Positions 7,520 through 15,509 of a DNA stretch of 20,000 bases are shown here, piece by piece. The notes under the pieces are model-generated. The model searched no databases and had not been told where the DNA came from. It saw only the letters and a program-made list of their open reading frames with translations. This stretch comes from an uncultured virus (IMG/VR IMGVR_UViG_3300025789_000001). Its lineage: Duplodnaviria > Heunggongvirae > Uroviricota > Caudoviricetes. Where the stretch lies: the IMG/VR virus record IMGVR_UViG_3300025789_000001. One strand, 5' to 3'. The translations under genes were made by a program, and so were the position numbers. The first letter of the stretch is position 1, and each line of letters opens with the position of its first letter.

Positions 7520-8478
7520 TGGCTACTACAGGGACATCCGTATTTGACCTAAGCATGAACGACCTCATTGAAGAGGCGTTTGAAAGGTGCGGTGTCGAAC
7601 TTCGTACAGGTTATGATTTTAGAACTGCAAGACGGTCTCTTAATATTTTGACCGTTGAATGGGCCAACAGAGGTATCAATCTGTGGACCATCGAAGAAGG
7701 CCAGATCCCCATGAATACGGGTCAAATTACCTACCCCCTGCCTGTTGATACCATTGATTTGTTAAGCCAAGTAATTCGTACTGGCACATTACAAAACCAG
7801 ATTGATATCAATATTAGCCGTATTTCCGAGGACACTTACTCGACTTTGCCTAACAAGCTGGCACAGGGCAGACCGATTCAGGTTTGGATTAACCGACAAT
7901 CTGGTCAAACTAACCCTACTAATTACACTTTATACGGTAATGGATCGACTACTGGAATTAGTGCTACAGATACGACTATTCAGCTAAATCAGTCCGATAT
8001 GACGGGTTTGGCTGCAACAGGCTATATCCAGATAGACAATGAGATTATTTACTATCCAAACGTCTCTACAACTGCTCCACAGCTCTTAAATTGCTACAGG
8101 GGACAGAATGGTACAACCGCAGCTGCGCACACCACAGGGTCCTCTATTAGCGTTGTAAACCTGCCTTGTATTAATGTCTGGCCTACTCCAAATTCCCCAG
8201 GAAGCCAATATACCTTTGTGTACTGGCGTATGCGCAGAATTCAAGATGCTGGCACTGGTATTAATACCAATGACATCCCATTCCGTTTTATCCCAGCTTT
8301 GGTTGCTGGACTAGCCTATTACCTATCTTCTAAGATTCCTGGAGTTGATCCAAATCGCATTCCTATGCTAAAACAGGATTACATGGATCAATGGACTTTG
8401 GCCTCAGAAGAAGACCGTGAAAAGGCTTCTATTCGTTTTGTCCCCAGAATGTCATTTTATGGAGGTCATGGAAGATAA
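7519..8478 (+). CDS. Putative head-tail adaptor/tail tubular-type protein with inserted domain
   Basis: 319 aa; helical N-terminus (LIEEAFERCG...ARRSLN...EWANRG), GRP and WPTP motifs, helical C-terminus (LVAGLAYYLS), consistent with podoviral adaptor proteins. Confidence 0.6.
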   Translation: MATTGTSVFDLSMNDLIEEAFERCGVELRTGYDFRTARRSLNILTVEWANRGINLWTIEEGQIPMNTGQITYPLPVDTIDLLSQVIRTGTLQNQIDINISRISEDTYSTLPNKLAQGRPIQVWINRQSGQTNPTNYTLYGNGSTTGISATDTTIQLNQSDMTGLAATGYIQIDNEIIYYPNVSTTAPQLLNCYRGQNGTTAAAHTTGSSISVVNLPCINVWPTPNSPGSQYTFVYWRMRRIQDAGTGINTNDIPFRFIPALVAGLAYYLSSKIPGVDPNRIPMLKQDYMDQWTLASEEDREKASIRFVPRMSFYGGHGR

Positions 8479-8774
8479 TGGCTACCCCTGAAGAAGTACA
8501 AAAATCTAAAGATGAAGTATCTAGAATAGCCGAAGAACACAAGGCTAAAGTAGATGCTGAGCGCCCACGCACCTATGCTGAAAGGCTTCAGGATATGGGT
8601 TATTACGATAAGACTCCAAAAGGAAACACCCCTAAAGTTGGGGGAGGGGCTGGTTATGTCCCAGGAACAAATAATCCATTTAACCCAGATAGTCCATTGA
8701 ACCGCAAAAAAGGCGGCATTATTCGTGGTCATGGCATAGAAAGTAAAGGTAGGACAAAAGGTAGGTTTGTCTAA
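8478..8774 (+). CDS. Small protein with KKGG motif and RGxG tail
   Basis: 98 aa; TAATG coupling at both ends; ends RKKGGIIRGHGIESKGRTKGRFV. Confidence 0.65.
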   Translation: MATPEEVQKSKDEVSRIAEEHKAKVDAERPRTYAERLQDMGYYDKTPKGNTPKVGGGAGYVPGTNNPFNPDSPLNRKKGGIIRGHGIESKGRTKGRFV

Positions 8775-9208
8775 TGCCAAATAAATACTCGTCAGGTAAA
8801 TGGGCGATTGCCGAATGTGACCGATGTGGTCAGCGTTATAAGTTGTCTGAGTTAAAAAAAGAAGTAATTAAGACTAAGTTATATAACATTAAGGTATGCC
8901 CTGAGTGCTGGGATCCAGATCAGCCTCAGTTGAGTTTAGGTTTGTATCCTGTGAATGATCCTCAGGCGGTCAGAGAACCCCGCCCAGATGTGAGTTATCA
9001 GGTTGGTGGCACATACGGTCTTATGACAAATCCATATGATCCAAATGTCAACAATATTGATAACCAAGGCTATTCCACAGATGGTAGTAGACAGATACAA
9101 TGGGGGTGGAACCCTGTAGGTGGTGCAAGTTATTTTGATAGTTACCTTACTCCAAATTCCTTGCTTCCTGTAATAACCATAGGTACAGTAACTATTTCAA
9201 CGACTTAG
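8774..9208 (+). CDS. Conserved phage protein with putative C4 zinc ribbon
   Basis: 144 aa; CDRC...CPEC followed by DPQAVREPRPD. Confidence 0.7.
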   Translation: MPNKYSSGKWAIAECDRCGQRYKLSELKKEVIKTKLYNIKVCPECWDPDQPQLSLGLYPVNDPQAVREPRPDVSYQVGGTYGLMTNPYDPNVNNIDNQGYSTDGSRQIQWGWNPVGGASYFDSYLTPNSLLPVITIGTVTISTT

Positions 9209-9218
9209 GAGTGATAAA

Positions 9219-9563
9219 ATGGCAATGCAAAAACAACGTGGCATTAAAACTGGCGATCCCTTTGAACCAAAAAATGCAGAAGACAATATGAAAAAAGGCG
9301 GTAAAGTTATGGAAAAAGAATCTAAAGCAGAAATGCGTAAAGAAGAAAAAGCTGACAAAAAGCAAGATGTTAAGCTAATTAAGAAAGCTTTCAAAGAGCA
9401 TGATGCTCAAGAACATCCTGGCAAACACACTAAACTGGCTTTGAAAAAAGGCGGTGACGTTAAAAAAATGGCTAAAGGTGGCGTAACTGGCAAAGAAATG
9501 AAAGCCGTTGGTCGCAATGTAGCCCGTGCTATGAACCAAAAATCCAGCTCAAGAGGTCGTTAA
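9219..9563 (+). CDS. Lys-rich small protein with three hydrophobic-x-KGG motifs
   Basis: 114 aa; SD AGGAG; contains MKKGG, LKKGG, MAKGG. Confidence 0.7.
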   Translation: MAMQKQRGIKTGDPFEPKNAEDNMKKGGKVMEKESKAEMRKEEKADKKQDVKLIKKAFKEHDAQEHPGKHTKLALKKGGDVKKMAKGGVTGKEMKAVGRNVARAMNQKSSSRGR

Positions 9564-9564
9564 T

Positions 9565-9876
9565 ATGGCAATCGCAAAAAATGTAAAACCTACTACCAAG
9601 AATAGCCCAAAGGTTACTATTGGTAAAAACAAATTTGCAGAACCAGCAGATGCTTACGCTAATCCGCACACCAATACTGAGAAACATATTACTGGTCAAG
9701 AAGTAATGGATCGTGGTGAGTATGCTCATACCAAGGCCGCTAAAGATGTTACTTTGCAAGACCCAATTAAGAGTGGCGTTAGCTACGGTGAGTCCAAAGT
9801 CAAGACTTCTGGTATTGAGATGCGTGGAGCTGGAGCAGCTACCAAAGGCCGTATGTCCAGAGGACCAATGGCATGA
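9565..9876 (+). CDS. Small basic protein with RGxGAAxKG tail
   Basis: 103 aa; ends GIEMRGAGAATKGRMSRGPMA. Confidence 0.7.
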   Translation: MAIAKNVKPTTKNSPKVTIGKNKFAEPADAYANPHTNTEKHITGQEVMDRGEYAHTKAAKDVTLQDPIKSGVSYGESKVKTSGIEMRGAGAATKGRMSRGPMA

Positions 9877-10061
9877 TTGAAATTAAAGATTTAACCCAAT
9901 TAGAAATAGAAATTATTATTAATGGTCTTCGTAAGTCTTTTCCTATGGAATCTGTAGAAGAATTGGTTAATAAATTAAGAAATCAAGCCATTCCTCAGAT
10001 TTTGGCAGCAAAAGCAATTGAAGAAGCAAATAAAAACGCCCAATCAGAAGAAGCTAAATAA
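9873..10061 (+). CDS. Small helical hypothetical protein
   Basis: 62 aa; overlaps both neighbours (ATGA, TAATG). Confidence 0.6.
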   Translation: MIEIKDLTQLEIEIIINGLRKSFPMESVEELVNKLRNQAIPQILAAKAIEEANKNAQSEEAK

Positions 10062-11017
10062 TGAACTATTCGCAGTTATGGGAAAACATACAGTCTTACG
10101 CTGAAAATACTGAGGCTTTATTCGTTCAGAATATTCCAGTATTTGTGCAAGAAGCAGAAGAACGGATTTATAACTCTGTTCAGATTCCTGCTTTGCGTAA
10201 AAATGTTACTGGAACCGTAACTGCTGGTAATCAATATTTAGCTTTGCCAAATGATTATTTGTCTACTTTTTCATTTGCAGTTATTGATTCTTCAGGTAAT
10301 TACAAGTATTTGTTAAATAAAGATGTTAACTATTTAAGAGAAGCATACCCAGGGTCAACAATAACTAACGGTACAAATCAAGGATCTCCACAAGGCCTTC
10401 CTTTGTACTACGCTTTATTTGGTCCACAAAATGGATATGTAGGTGCTGATGTTACTTATTTGACGTATATGTTGGCTCCTACACCAGATCAAAATTACAC
10501 AGTAGAAATGCATTATTTTTACTATCCTGTATCTATTGTTCAAGGTGTAGTTACTGCAGGCAACATTACGGCTGGCTCTGGTTATACCAATGGATTCTAT
10601 CCAAATACATATTTAACTGGTGGATCTGGTGCTGGTTGTTTGGCTGACATTACTATTTCTAACCAATCTGTGTCAGCGATATCTATAAAAACTGGTGGAA
10701 ATTTTTATGTAGTTGGTGATGTATTAACCCTACCATCATCTTTTTCTGGTGGAACAGGATCTTCTGCCGCCTCTTTTTCAATAACATCTGTAAATAATCC
10801 AAATGGTGTTTCTTGGCTAGGTGATAACTACGATCCAGTACTATTTTATGGTTCAATGCGGGAAGCTATGATTTTCATGAAAGGTGAACAAGATATGGTC
10901 ACTTATTATGAAAAAATGTATCAAGAAGCCATTGGCCAATTGAATCGACTTGGAACTGGTCTTGAGCGTGGTGATGCTTATCGTAATGGTCAAGCAAGAA
11001 TTATGGTGAAACAATAA
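10061..11017 (+). CDS. Second putative adaptor/tail-tubular-type protein with inserted domain
   Basis: 318 aa; MNYSQL...FVQEAEERI, YLALPNDYL, G.P.YYA, LAPTPD...VEMHY, and SWL...YDPVLFYGSM.EA pattern typical of phage connector-type proteins. Confidence 0.6.
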   Translation: MNYSQLWENIQSYAENTEALFVQNIPVFVQEAEERIYNSVQIPALRKNVTGTVTAGNQYLALPNDYLSTFSFAVIDSSGNYKYLLNKDVNYLREAYPGSTITNGTNQGSPQGLPLYYALFGPQNGYVGADVTYLTYMLAPTPDQNYTVEMHYFYYPVSIVQGVVTAGNITAGSGYTNGFYPNTYLTGGSGAGCLADITISNQSVSAISIKTGGNFYVVGDVLTLPSSFSGGTGSSAASFSITSVNNPNGVSWLGDNYDPVLFYGSMREAMIFMKGEQDMVTYYEKMYQEAIGQLNRLGTGLERGDAYRNGQARIMVKQ

Positions 11018-11475
11018 TGGCAATAGTTCAAGGCTCTTGTAATGTCTTTGCTCAAAACCTTTTAAATGGTAATGAGAACTTTACGACTGGCACTTACTAT
11101 ATTGCCTTATATAACGCCAATGCTAATTTAAATTCGGTAACATCTACTTATACCAGTGTAAATGAAGTAACTGGTACTGGGTATACCGCTGGGGGTCAAC
11201 CTTTAGTAATTACCACGGTTCCTACACTTAACCAACAATACAACACAGCTTATGTGTCTTTTGGCAACGCTGTTTGGAGTCCAGCATCGTTTACTTGTAG
11301 GGGTGCTTTAGTTTACAATTACACTACAAAAGCAGCCTGTTTTGTATTAAATTTTGGTTCAGATAAGACCTGCAACAATAGTTTTACAGTGCAGTTCCCA
11401 GCAGCGACTTATTCGTCTGCTATTTTAACAATCAGTAGCTATACGGCTGCAAATGTAGTAAGTTCTGGAGATTAA
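11017..11475 (+). CDS. Putative tail/fibre-associated structural protein
   Basis: 152 aa; IALY, NEVTGTGYTAGG, RGALVYN, VLNFGSDKT motifs seen in phage tail proteins. Confidence 0.6.
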   Translation: MAIVQGSCNVFAQNLLNGNENFTTGTYYIALYNANANLNSVTSTYTSVNEVTGTGYTAGGQPLVITTVPTLNQQYNTAYVSFGNAVWSPASFTCRGALVYNYTTKAACFVLNFGSDKTCNNSFTVQFPAATYSSAILTISSYTAANVVSSGD

Positions 11476-11477
11476 TT

Positions 11478-12086
11478 ATGCATAAAGAAATTGGAAGCTG
11501 TGGAGATAGTGCTATAGCAACATTACAGGCCAATGTGACCATTCCAGAAGGAATGGGAATTGAAGGATATTGGAAAGCTGAATGTCGTGATAAAAACGGC
11601 AATCTTAAATGGGTAGAAGAATTTCCTAACTTGGTTGTAGCTGTAGGCAAGCAATTAATGCTTGATACTTTATTGCGTACTTCTGGTACATATACAACAA
11701 CTGGACCATTCTTAGGATTGACTAATGCTACGTTAACTCCAGCTGCAACAGACACTATGACGACTTTAGTTGGTGGTGGTAAAGAGTTTACAGCTTATAC
11801 GGTTGGTGGTTCAGCAGTGCGTGGTACAGCAGTATTTGCTGCTTCTTCATCATCTGGTTCTACTCCTTCTAACGTAACAACATCAACAGCAACTGCTATT
11901 ACTTACACCATTACTGGTGCTGGTGGTACTGTTTATGGTTGTTTCTTGGTATTGGGTTCTGGTGCAGTAAGTACTCAAAGTAATACAGGTGGTACTTTGT
12001 ATTCTGAAGGAAACTTCTCTACAGCTAAAGTTACAACTGCTGGCGATACAGTAAGCGTTACATATAGCACAACCGCTACAAGTTAA
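11478..12086 (+). CDS. Putative tail structural protein
   Basis: 202 aa, Thr/Gly/Ser-rich; NLVVAVGK...GDTVSVTY; located among fibre genes. Confidence 0.55.
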   Translation: MHKEIGSCGDSAIATLQANVTIPEGMGIEGYWKAECRDKNGNLKWVEEFPNLVVAVGKQLMLDTLLRTSGTYTTTGPFLGLTNATLTPAATDTMTTLVGGGKEFTAYTVGGSAVRGTAVFAASSSSGSTPSNVTTSTATAITYTITGAGGTVYGCFLVLGSGAVSTQSNTGGTLYSEGNFSTAKVTTAGDTVSVTYSTTATS

Positions 12087-12096
12087 GGAGTCTTAA

Positions 12097-14601
12097 ATGG
12101 CTCTAGTCGTTTATGACCGAGTTCAGGAGACTACGGCAACCACTGGCACAGGGACAATAACCCTCGGTGGTGCTGTAGCTGGATATCAATCTTTTGCTGT
12201 TGTAGGAAACGGAAACACTACTTTTTACTGTATTGTTAATGGATCTACATGGGAAGTTGGTATTGGAACTTATTCGACTACTGGACCAACTTTAGCTCGT
12301 ACTACCGTTTTATCTAACTCTTCTGGTACAACTTCGCCAATTACTTTATCTGGTGCATCTAACGTATTTGTTACCTATCCATCTGAAAAGTCTGTAAACC
12401 TTGATGCTTCTGGCAATGTAAGCCCTTTAGGTACTATTGCTTCTGGTGTTTGGCAAGGATCCACAATACAGACTGCCTATGGCGGTACTGGCGTAACAAC
12501 TTCTAGTGGTGCAAGTTCCAACGTATTGCGTGATGCTAATTCCAACATAACAGCCAATAACTTTTTAGCTGGATATACATCCACCACTTCAGCTGCTGGT
12601 ACAACAGTTTTAACGGCTGCCTCTACTTATTATCAAAAATTAGCTGGCAGTACAACCCAGACATATCAACTTCCGATTGCAACTACGTTATCAAACGGTG
12701 CAGCATTTATTTTTGATAATGATTCAACTGGTGTAATGACTATTGTTGATAGTGCTTCTGGTGCCGTAGATACTGTTCAGCCAGGTGCTTTAGATTATAT
12801 TTTCTTAGAAGATAACAGCACATCAGCAGGTTCTTGGGGTAAATATTCTTTTATTCCTGGAACTTATGATTTTGCATTAACTACAGCATCATTTGGTAAC
12901 GCTACTATTTCTAGTGCGGTTTGGAATGGTACAACAATTGCAACTGGTTATGGTGGCACAGGATTAACCACTTTTGCAGCTGCCAATAACGCTATTTATT
13001 CCACGTCAGCTTCTGCCCTAGCAGCTGGAACTTTACCTATTGCTGCTGGTGGTACTGCCGCTACAACATTTACAACCAATGGTGTTATTTACGGTAATAG
13101 TACAAGTGCACTTGGTGTAACTGCTGCTGGTACCACTGGTCAAGTGCTGATTGCTACTACTGGTGCTGCTCCATCATGGGGTGCAATTCCATCTACAGCT
13201 GCGGTTACTTCCATTACTTTTGGAACTACTGGATTAACACCGTCTACGGCTAGTACTGGTGCAGTTAGTGTTGCAGGTACTTTAAGTGCAGCAAACGGTG
13301 GCACAGGTGTAGCAAACGCAAGCGGAAGCACCATTACATTGGGTGGTAGCTTAACTTATTCTGGTGCTTTTACTCAGACTTGGACAAGAACAGCTAACAC
13401 ATCATTAACACTTCCTACAAGTGGAACAGTAATTTCCACAGGTACAAATATGGCTGCCAACCCAGTTACGGGTACGCCCTCATCTACCAACTTTTTGCGA
13501 GGTGATGGTACTTGGAGCACTGCGGTTACATCAGTAGCTCAATCGTTTACTGGTGGTTTAATTTCTGTTTCTGGTTCGCCTGTTACCACTTCAGGTACTT
13601 TAGCCCTTACAGTGGCTGGTACTTCTGGTGGTATACCTTATTTCTCTAGTGCTTCTACTTGGGCATCTTCAGCCGCTTTGACAGCCAACGGAGTTGTTTA
13701 TGGTGGTGGAGCAGGCGCAGCTCCTGTAGCAACAGCAGCAGGAACTACAGGTCAAGTATTAGCTGCAACAACTAGCGCAGCGCCAAGTTGGACTAATATC
13801 TCAAGTCTTGCAATTACCTCAGTTTCAGGCACGACCAATCAGATTACCGCCTCTACAACTTCAGGTGCAGTTACTCTTAGTTTGCCAACTAGCATAACAA
13901 CTGGTCAATATATTGCCAATCAATCCATTTCAGGGTCAGCAACTCAAGGTGCTTTTGCTTATGGAACTTTAAATGGTTCTGATACTGGAATATTTGCTTC
14001 TTACCAAACTTCTATTGCTGGCTATGCCTACATGGCATTGCAAAATACTAGCAGTAATGCCGCTGCTACTACGGATATTGCTTTATATAACGATACTGCT
14101 TCCTTAGGCAAATATATTGATATTGGTATTAATTCAAGCGCATTTACAGGAACAGGCAACTTTAGCCTTGCAAATGCTGGTTATATTTATACAAATGGCG
14201 GTGATTTAGCACTTGGAACTTACAGCGCTAATGGTATCCATTTTATTGTAAATAATGGCGCTACTGATGCCATGACTATTAGTTCTGCTGGTGTTGTTTC
14301 TTTGGGAACAGCACTTGCAGTTGGCTCTGGCGGTACAGGATTGGCATCTTTAACAGCCAACTATATTCCTTATGGTAATGGTACAAGTGCTTTCCAGTCG
14401 CTTTCTACGTTTACTTTTGATGGGACAACCCAAGCAGCTCCTGTTCAAAGAGCAAGCCAAGGATTTTTTGTTAATGCTAATACCAATACAGCATCTTATT
14501 CTCTTGCTGCTGGGTCCAATATGGTAAGTGCTGGGCCATTTACTGTAGCTACAAGTACAACTATTACTATAGCTACTGGTTCTCGTTGGGTGGTTGTGTA
14601 A
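12097..14601 (+). CDS. Tail fibre protein
   Basis: 834 aa; SD TAAGGAG; N-terminal DRVQET.TTGTG...WEVGIGT anchor motif; repeated xGGTG units, GQVL...APSW twice, FLRGDGTW; C-terminal SAGP...GSRWVVV. Confidence 0.8.
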   Translation: MALVVYDRVQETTATTGTGTITLGGAVAGYQSFAVVGNGNTTFYCIVNGSTWEVGIGTYSTTGPTLARTTVLSNSSGTTSPITLSGASNVFVTYPSEKSVNLDASGNVSPLGTIASGVWQGSTIQTAYGGTGVTTSSGASSNVLRDANSNITANNFLAGYTSTTSAAGTTVLTAASTYYQKLAGSTTQTYQLPIATTLSNGAAFIFDNDSTGVMTIVDSASGAVDTVQPGALDYIFLEDNSTSAGSWGKYSFIPGTYDFALTTASFGNATISSAVWNGTTIATGYGGTGLTTFAAANNAIYSTSASALAAGTLPIAAGGTAATTFTTNGVIYGNSTSALGVTAAGTTGQVLIATTGAAPSWGAIPSTAAVTSITFGTTGLTPSTASTGAVSVAGTLSAANGGTGVANASGSTITLGGSLTYSGAFTQTWTRTANTSLTLPTSGTVISTGTNMAANPVTGTPSSTNFLRGDGTWSTAVTSVAQSFTGGLISVSGSPVTTSGTLALTVAGTSGGIPYFSSASTWASSAALTANGVVYGGGAGAAPVATAAGTTGQVLAATTSAAPSWTNISSLAITSVSGTTNQITASTTSGAVTLSLPTSITTGQYIANQSISGSATQGAFAYGTLNGSDTGIFASYQTSIAGYAYMALQNTSSNAAATTDIALYNDTASLGKYIDIGINSSAFTGTGNFSLANAGYIYTNGGDLALGTYSANGIHFIVNNGATDAMTISSAGVVSLGTALAVGSGGTGLASLTANYIPYGNGTSAFQSLSTFTFDGTTQAAPVQRASQGFFVNANTNTASYSLAAGSNMVSAGPFTVATSTTITIATGSRWVVV

Positions 14602-15506
14602 TGTTTGGTTTATCTACCTTTGCTCAAACGCCTTTTGCTGCATTAGGTGGCGGAAATCAATTTGTTTTTTCAATTACAGAAAATTTTGGAGCAGCAGATA
14701 GCAATACACAAACCTGGTCGTTTTTACAATCTTTAACCGAACCGTTTACTGCTGGCGATGTTAATTCTGAAGCTGGATTATTTTTTGAAAGCATAGTAGA
14801 AACCCTAACTTCAAATGATTCTAGTACTCAGCTAAGTGCTTTTTTACAAACCCTTACTGAAAACTTAAATCCAGCAGATACTCCTACTATTGCAGCACAG
14901 TTTTCCGTCAATGATACCGAAAACATAGGGGCTGGAGATTCTAGCGTTCAATACTTTGCAGCCAAGCAGACTGACACAGAAAATGTTAATTTAGGGGATT
15001 CAAATACCCAACAGTCAGCATTTTTACAAACCAAAACTGAAAATTTTATACCTGCAGATACGGTTTCAATTGCTGCTCAATTTAATTCCGCTATTACCGA
15101 AAATTTTGTGGCAGCCGAAATAGATTCAATTGCTGCTCAATTTAAGTCCGCTATTACCGAAAATAGCACGGTGGCCGATATAGCAGCTATTTTTAGTGTT
15201 TTCTATTTAAGTATTGTAGAAGATTCTAAACCCGCAGACTCTGCTATAGCTATAAATCATTTTGCATTAGCTATTACAGAAACCTTTAGTCTTTTAGATT
15301 CTAGTTCACAGCAATCAGCGTTTTTAGAGTCAATTCTTGAAAATTCTTACCTTTTAGATGCATTAGTCACTCGTGGTTGGGTAAAAATTAATGACAACGG
15401 ATTGTCTACATGGAACAATATTAACAATACAGGAAGCGTTAATTGGACTATAATTAATGACACTCAAACCCCTGTATGGACCCCTATTAACAATTCTCAA
15501 GGGTAG
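14601..15506 (+). CDS. Acidic repeat protein, putative fibre/shaft component
   Basis: Start reassigned to ATG 14601 (TAATG overlap). 301 aa; about 12 tandem 20-aa repeats; four C-terminal Trp repeats. Confidence 0.7.
   Translation: MFGLSTFAQTPFAALGGGNQFVFSITENFGAADSNTQTWSFLQSLTEPFTAGDVNSEAGLFFESIVETLTSNDSSTQLSAFLQTLTENLNPADTPTIAAQFSVNDTENIGAGDSSVQYFAAKQTDTENVNLGDSNTQQSAFLQTKTENFIPADTVSIAAQFNSAITENFVAAEIDSIAAQFKSAITENSTVADIAAIFSVFYLSIVEDSKPADSAIAINHFALAITETFSLLDSSSQQSAFLESILENSYLLDALVTRGWVKINDNGLSTWNNINNTGSVNWTIINDTQTPVWTPINNSQG
15065..15164 (+). repeat. 40-bp direct repeat with 60-bp period
   Basis: TTCAATTGCTGCTCAATTTAA(T/G)TCCGCTATTACCGAAAAT at 15065-15104 and 15125-15164; 39/40 identical. 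Confidence 0.9.
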
Positions 15507-15509
15507 TTT

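Noticed and set aside
15065..15164. CRISPR-like mini-array
   Set aside because: There are only two copies, in frame within a CDS, with a 60-bp period matching the protein repeat.
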